Assembly: GCF_902652985.1 (NCBI RefSeq)
Contig: NC_047019.1
Location: forward strand, 44,454,001 to 44,518,000
Reading direction: 5' to 3'
Length of the DNA: 64,000 bases
Source: Pecten maximus
Taxonomy: Eukaryota
Shown here one piece after another: positions 56,119 to 64,000 of the stretch. Each line of letters starts with the position of its first letter. Within the stretch, counting starts at the first letter, position 1. Position numbers and translations under genes: made by a program. The notes beneath the pieces were generated by a model, which saw only the letters and a program-made list of their open reading frames with translations, had not been told where the DNA came from and made no database searches.

Positions 56119-59100
56119 AGGGTAACTTACAGAGCAAATACTCATTACGGAAACCAGAAACGGAAAACAAAAATATACTGTATAAAAATGAATCGTATGA
56201 ACATGAGATTTACTCTGCAAGAAAGAAATCTTTTAGATAGTTGATGGTGGAAATATTATCTTTGGCACACAGGTCTTTAGTAATATGTTTCTGGATAAGC
56301 TATAATAAAGTGTTCAATAGTGAAAGTCCAAAAAATCCGGAAAGAAACACAGCAGTTTGCTCTACTCACAGGAACGTATGTACCAAACAGCCGTGAGGTA
56401 CCTTTGTATTACAGAACATTACCTCCTCATTAAATACTAGACTACAAACACACTTCAATGCATTATCTGTACCTCAATTCATCAGATCCGATCGGTATAT
56501 CGGAAACCGCTACGTAACAACAATGAATGTTGGCAGGTTGATGTGAAGATACGCCAAGGCTACAAAGGCGTCGTTTTATTATCACTATACAGAGCGCGTA
56601 ATCTTTGTAAATACATCTTCTGTAGCTGATTATTGTTCGACTTACATTTTGATAGATATACTTCAATAAAAAAATCATCTAACGCAATATTTTAAATTCA
56701 TCAGGCTCGTTTGGCGAGTCAAATGAATATTACGGTTTCAGCAGGGCAGGTACCATAGAGTAAGAATCAATGTGTTCTAAATGCCACTCTAGATCATTTT
56801 TGTTTAATCATATATGTACATTAGTACACATATTTCCTACTTTCAATTCGGCTTTGTTAATGTACCCTGGTACTATGGTGCTATGGTTCAGTTTACATTT
56901 AGTTAACAACAATGGAAATGGCATTATTCCATTATCAACTGAATGTTCAGCAACGTTTATAAATCTGACGGCATACTTTTCCAGTCACAGCCTGAACCAT
57001 GATCAAGCATTTAGAATATAAATATTTGAATATCAAATTTGGCAAATATAGCTTACAAAAATCAATGAGTGCAGGTGATTTCCTCCTTTTATTTTCTAAA
57101 CGGCATAAGTTAAACAGAGAGAAAATCCTAACATTCGCACCGAATGACATTGTATTCGCCTCTAACGACTTATGTAATATGAAAAAGAGGGTACATATCA
57201 TTAATCACAAATTTGTTATATAAGTAATTACCTTATCTTACACTGAAGACACTAAGCGTGTAGAAACACGTTAGGATGTGTTCCTTGTGTGACCAGTTTA
57301 TATTTATAGATTCCTTATACTATTGTATTATTGTTTAGACTCTTAAATTTAAGGTGAAACATTCAGAATCAATGTTTTTGAGTGATGGTGTATTTAAAAG
57401 ATGCAATACAGCTATCCTATATGTCCTGAACTTTGGTGTAAAACTGGTAGATGTACCTGGTGTGACGAAGTGGCTCCAAGCCGTCAGGTCATGAAACATA
57501 CGATATGGCTGTATTTGTAAGTAATAGCTTAGCTTTCCCTCAGATAAAGACAGCAATTACCGTAAAAGAGTGAGTGGTTTGTGTTTATCTGGATATGATT
57601 TTATCATTATGATTATTTGCTTGGAATTGGTTTGTTGATGGTCACTATTATGATGGTCATCACAGCCGGAGGGTATATTTGCCAAGCAGATTCAAGCTCG
57701 ATGTATTACATGTATTTAGGCTTGCAAAGTTTCTGGAATCGGATTGCGCGACGTGACATCCCAAGGCAATAGGCATTCGACTCCTTTAAGATCTAATTTG
57801 CAGGCCAGACTGATACTGTATTTAGAAATCGAGACCTTTTTTAAAATCATGAGATATGGCTTTTACTATAAATAATACAAAAGGTGGCCATGTAAAATTA
57901 AACTAACTATCCTGGGCAAAAGTGATGAATTAAAAGAAGTTAAGGATAACCAGTATATCACACTGATTGTTTACAGCAATACATTCGTATATGTAAAATA
58001 TCAAATATCACAAGTTGTGTATGTTAAACTTACAAGCATGTGACATATGCAACGACTAACTATGTTCTACTAAAACGTATATATGGCATTATCTTTCCGT
58101 CGCTGTTATTGAGTGATATTTAATTAACGATAATAACTGTTCATTTGCACTTAAAAAATTCTAAATTAGATCATTTGATGCAGGTTTTCTCTTATTTACA
58201 ATAAAGAAGTGTGTCCGTTTGCGATGGAACAACATTCAATATGTATATAGGCCAAGGCACAATTACACCGTATCGTTGGTAAATCCAATACCCTAACCGT
58301 TACAAATATACGATCTTAATTGATGAATTTCCTCAATTCTATACGGATCACCTTAACCAGCACCACAGGCTTGTACCGACGGTGAATTCCGGGTTCGCCT
58401 TGGTGTGTTGTAGCCGATATATTACATGTTGTTTATGGTATGCTTCTCTTTAACTTCCAGCAATTAAAATATAGAAATATGTATAAATAAATGAAATTGC
58501 GAATGAATGATTAAGGGACGTTGTTTTACGAACGTTAAACGCATTACGGTTATTTCAGGTATCACTGAATTACGTCTAGTGCTATCACACTGACATGCCA
58601 CATTTGGACACGGTAATGTCATACTCCAAATTATATTCTTTACGGGCGAACCAGCTCGTGTCAACGAAATGGCAAATCCGATATTGTAATACAATGTATA
58701 TGAATCAATGTAAGTAATTGTGTGAAGTATATTTTTATTACTATTCTGTGTTTATATAATTGTTGATTTTGATTACGGCTGACAGAAGATGTCCAGGTAA
58801 AGTCCCTTAGATATGTATAACACTAGTGTTTATCGTAGAACATGCAACAGCTTACCTCCGAGAAGTGGCTGACAGCCACATCCTAGACGAGTATTCGCTC
58901 TAGTATAACTATGGCATTTCTTTATTTTTTGTGATGAGAAATTGGCAAAGACTTTCATGTGAAAAAGCTCCGAAGTACTTATCAAATTGATGAGTGAATT
59001 TTCAACAAATGCTTTGTAACCAGGCATTAACTGTTTTAGATGAGGTTATGGGCACTGCAACTATTTTTTCACAGTGTATGTGTATGCTTTGTAACTTTGA

Positions 59101-61706
59101 CGCGATGGCCTCTGACTCAGCCTCTTGTGTATTTTGAGTCCATGATATAATTAAAAGTTATCTGCAGCTTAAGTGGAAAAAGAATCCACATAAATTGACA
59201 GCTTTCTTCTGCCAAGCTACTTAAGTAGCGACATGGATATCTAAGCAGCACTTCCGTTACCTGTGTAACAGTCGAGACTGACATGTAACTTTCAACATAT
59301 AGCGCAACAGAAAACAAAAACGAAATGTTGGCAAGTAACTGGATATATTCATGTAAGAATTTCAATCAGAGTGTCAATAAATTCTTCTCGCAGAGCACAT
59401 ATAAATATTATCGGAATGACAGTCAATTTGTAAATGAAACAGAAATGTTTTATCTACTTAAATACCTAAGCAAAAGTAGTCTAGGGACTGTTTTTTTTAT
59501 TAATCTAACTTCTGTGTACACCTTTCACATCCACGCAATGTTTGTTTTTGTAAGATTCCAGTAACAACACTGTCGTGCTAAGGAGTCGATTGATACACAA
59601 TGATAGATAGCCTTGGAGAATAACGCCGTAACGTGGGACATAGTTTACTACATCAGAGTGCTCGACTAAACCAACAACTTTCTATAATCGAGGCCGATAT
59701 ACAAAAGTAAGAGAAAGAAAGCTTTATGTGAATAGATAAAATTCAAGGACGTGTCAGTGTAGATAATATGAAAGTATAGGATCGGTTTAGTTTCCTATGA
59801 GTCCTTAAGGCTAATTTTGTCCTGTCGGATAGCCGATCCCAGACTCATATCCCACAGCCTCTGGTTGAGGATTGGCGTGATGGCTACGATAAGGATACAG
59901 CGGTCCCATACCACTAATGGACAAGCCAAGGTCTCAGTCCAGCCTCCCTCCGTCTACACGGGTATGCGGGCCTGCTAATGACACACTAACCTCGCGTTGG
60001 TTGTGACTATATATAAACCAAAACACTGGTCATCCAACGACGCCATTCACCTCATTGCATTACACGGCAGGTTTAGCCATCCTATAACCCTGTTAATGAA
60101 ACAGGTTAAGGCTAACGGTTTACCGAAGATCAGCACGATCTCAGTGTTCCTATCAATCAGACTGGCTGACTATACTGTACAGGTGATATCATCACCAATG
60201 GATATTCCGTTTTTCCTCAAGTAATTCCCAATCAACTGCAAAACTTATTCAAAAAAAGATACATATGTTGAAAAATACAAAAGTGGACCTTGGGCTTTAA
60301 TAGTTACAGTGTATATGTTATGAGAAAGAATTATGCAGATAGGCTTTTGATTCTAAGCAAGGCTAGATTTAAACAAGGAAATTGTAAAAAAAAAAAAAAA
60401 AAAATCGCTATTCATATATTGTACTTCTTTAGGCCCTATCCCTCAGCACCTGGGGAATGGTCATCTTCAAATGTTCATAGCAACCAACCATGTTCTTATA
60501 AATAAGCATCACATTTTTAATTAAAAACTTAAAAAAAAATAACCTCAAATATATCAACTTTAGCACAATCGACGAAGAAACTAAAGACACGTGCCCTAAG
60601 TGAAAACCACTTAACCTCGTTTTATCGATCCTAAAACAGTGTTGTGGTGCTCGTCTTTTGTCGATATCCCCCCGTTGTTACAGTTCTCATAATATCAAAC
60701 AGGTCCTTTTTTCTGTTAATTACTTGCGATATTGAACATTTATGTTTTATGTTTACGTTTTCACACACGAGGAAGTTCCAAACTGCCGATTTGATAACAT
60801 ATTCTTTACGGATTCTATATTGGGATATTTCATACATGTAACTTTGTATATCTTTTGTATGTAAGTAAAACGTACTGGTGGGTCCATTGTACCCGTAACA
60901 ATTATCAGGGTAGCATATTGTTTATTTCAATATTTGACCATGCTGTGTAAGAAAGCGGCATGTACATATGTATAGCCACGATCATAACGTAAAGTAAATA
61001 TATACGCCCAAATATAAATACTTGTTGAAAGATCAAAATGCTGACGCCGCAAAATCTGCGTCATTGAACATCTAGCAGATAAAAGCAGCTCGCATCGCCT
61101 GTAATGGCGTGAATCGTATTGCAATCTCCACTGTGGATAATTGTTCCTCTGAAATTGATGTTAAGCATCAATCATTCGTTTACATGATTTAACCAACTGT
61201 GGTGTGAAAACAACAATTATTTCTGTAGCATTGCCTTATGAAATATTGGGTAAGGGTAAAGTGACAGATATAAATGAAACACAAGCAATGCCACGGACGC
61301 CCTCCTGTAGATTTGTATTTTGTGAAGTTGGGGAAATTCTGAATTATTCATTCCATCACTTGATCATATGAAGGCACAATATTCTAAAACATAACACAAT
61401 ACAAGGAAGAGTTAAGTGTATTTGTGATCACGAGTATATCATATCACGGCTGGCCGAACAGATGTACTGAATCTTACTTTTGGCGCCAGTGTTGCGTATT
61501 CAGAGATGCATCTGTATAAACGCCGATTTGCAAATCATTTACAGGTACCATAACAGATGTAACATGAACCTATCAGCGAATAGTATCAATAACGCATATA
61601 ATTTTATATATCGGGACATTGATCAATAAAATAAACTAATCTCTTTTGAACATCAAGCAAAACCTGAAACTCACGAATACCTCGATATTACATCTTAAAC
61701 TGCCAA

Positions 61707-61934
61707 AGTGCCAAGATAAATTATCGATCGGGACTATCATATTATATCGAACCACACGGACAGTAATTCCATTGTCATTATATGGTATAGTACCAAACTA
61801 AATTATCAATCAGGACTATCCTATCGTACAGAACTACACGGACAGTTATTCCATTGTCATTATATGGTATAGTACCAAAATAAACTATCAATCTGAACTA
61901 TCCTATCGTACAGAACTACACGGACAGTAATTCC
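61707..61934. repeat. 82-bp tandem repeat, about 2.8 copies
   Basis: AGT(G/A)CCAA..TAAATTATC...ACACGGACAGTAATTCCATTGTCATTATATGGTAT starts at 61707, 61789 and 61871. Confidence 0.9.
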
Positions 61935-62188
61935 CTTTTTTAAGTTTGATAAGCTCAGAGGTGATAACGTGTTAAAGGAATGCTTGCCCAATATAAATTG
62001 ATAAGTCGGCTGTGCTTGTTGATACCATTGGTAACATACTGGTCCAGTACCTTTTCTCTGACACGCTAACCTTTATTTGTGGCTCGGAACACGGGAACTA
62101 AAATTACGTATAACTCTGCTATAAGTCTGCTATATGTATATTGATTACGTAAAAATCGTTAGGCTACGGCTCCTGAGATTTCCAGTGC

Positions 62189-64000
62189 TAGATATCGTAA
62201 CGACATGACGAAGAAATTCTCAATTGGTTTATATAGTACCGACAGGATGAAGGAATTCTCCATTGGTAGATATCGTACCGACATGACGAAGGAATTCTCT
62301 AATGGTAGATATCGTACCGACATGATGAAGGAACTCTCCATTGGTAGATATCGTACCGACATGACAAAGGAACTCTCTAATGGTAGATATCGTACCGACA
62401 TGATGAAGGAACTCTCCATTGGTAGATATCGTACCGACATGACAAAGGAACTCTCTAATGGTAGATATCGTACCGACATGATGAAGGAACTCTCCATTGG
62501 TAGATATCGTACCGACATGACGAAGGAATTCTCAATTGGTTTATATAGTACCGACAGGATGAAGGAATTCTCCATTGGTAGATATCGTACCGACATGACG
62601 AAGGAATTCTCAATTGGTTTATATAGTACTGACAGGATGAAGGAATTCTCCATTGGTAGATATCGTACCGACATGACGAAGGAATTCTCAATTGGTTTAT
62701 ATAGTACCGACATGATGAAGGAATTCTCCATTGGTAGATATTGTACCGACATGACGAAGGAACTCTCCATTGGTAGATATCGTACCGACATGACAAAGGA
62801 ACTCTCCAATGGTAGATATCGTACCGACATGACGAAGGAACTCTCCATTGGTAGAAATGTACCGACATGACAAAGGAACTCTCCATTGGTAGATATTGTA
62901 CCGACATGACGAAGGAACTCTCTAATGGTAGATATCGTACCGACATGACGAAGGAACTCTCCATTGGTAGATATTGTACCGACATGACGAAGGAACTCTC
63001 TAATGGTAGATATTGTACCGACATGACAAAGGAACTCTCTATTGGTAGATAGTGTACCGACATGACGAAGGAACTCTCCATTGGTAGATATTGTACCGAC
63101 ATGACAAAGGAACTCTCCAATGGTAGATATCGTACCGACATGACAAAGGAACTCTCCATTGGTAGATATTGTACCGACATGACGAAGGAACTCTCTAATG
63201 GTAGATATCGTACCGACATGACGAAGGAACTCTCTATTGGTAGATATTGTACCGACATGACGAAGGAACTCTCGAATGGTAGATATCGTACCGACATGAC
63301 GATGGAACTCTCGAATGGTAGATATCGTACCGACATGACGAAGGAACTCTCCATTGGTAGATAGTGTACCGACATGACGAAGGAACTCTCTATTGGTAGA
63401 TAACGTACCGACATGATGAAGGAACTCTCTATTGGTAGATATTGTACTGACATGACAAAGGATCTATCGAATGGTAGATATCGTACCGACATGACGAAGG
63501 AACTCCCCATTGGTAGATATCGTACCGACATGACGACGGAACTCACCATTGGTAGATATTGTACCGACATGACGAAGGAACTCTCTATTGGTAGATATTG
63601 TACCGACATGACGAAGGAACTCTCCATTGGTAGATATTGTACCGACATGACGAAGGAACTCTCTAATGGCAGATATCGTACCGACATGACGAGGGAACTC
63701 TCCATTGGTATATATCGTACCGACATGACGAAGGAACTCTCTAATGGCAGATATCGTACCGACATGACGAGGGAACTCTCCATTGGTAGATATCGTACCG
63801 ACATGACGAGGGAACTCTCTAATGGTAGATATCGTACCGACATGACGAAGGAATTCTCTAATGGTAGATATTGTACCGACATGACGAAGGAACTCTCCAT
63901 TGGTAGATATCGTACCGACATGACGAAGGAACTTTCCATTGGTAGATATTGTACCGACATGACGAAGGAATTCTCCATTGGTAGATATTGTACCGACATG
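62189..64000. repeat. 39-bp minisatellite, at least 46 copies, running off the window
   Basis: Unit GACATGACGAAGGAACTCTCCATTGGTAGATATCGTACC. Confidence 0.98.

Noticed and set aside
54514-56244. Cys-rich, metallothionein- or keratin-like ORFs up to 532 aa
   Set aside because: The 24-bp repeat is open in most frames, and a 2-nt deletion near 55037 switches frames, which argues against coding constraint.
57238-57292. Hammerhead-like CTGAAGA...GAAAC motif
   Set aside because: Stem III is plausible, but stem II has two extra bases before GAAA and stem I does not pair at the junction. At most a dead remnant; an Infernal search would settle it.
62159-63999. 514-aa and other periodic ORFs
   Set aside because: Translation of the 39-bp minisatellite.

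Overview
This is AT-rich eukaryotic DNA, most likely from a bivalve mollusc judging by its SINE and Penelope families. It has no prokaryotic features. The only coding exon I can recognise is 97 nt on the minus strand (49782->49686) and is missing from the ORF track. It encodes a signal peptide followed by LPELIHIG, the typical N-terminus of an invertebrate kainate-type ionotropic glutamate receptor. I found no second exon, so positions 1-49685 are probably one very large first intron and 50-64 kb is upstream sequence. About 10 kb of the window is minisatellite arrays (periods 23, 24, 29, 36, 38, 39, 40, 43, ~51 and 82 bp), and these explain all the long ORFs in the track. Mobile elements include a 1.3-kb TG...CA solo LTR with a 5-bp target-site duplication (TSD) that splits a 39-bp array, two intact tRNA-derived SINEs in inverted orientation with 13-bp TSDs, and a decayed Penelope-like reverse transcriptase (RT) fragment. 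I cannot support a new biological system here. The least explained object is an ~0.8-kb insert in the 23-bp array that carries about ten related palindromes.
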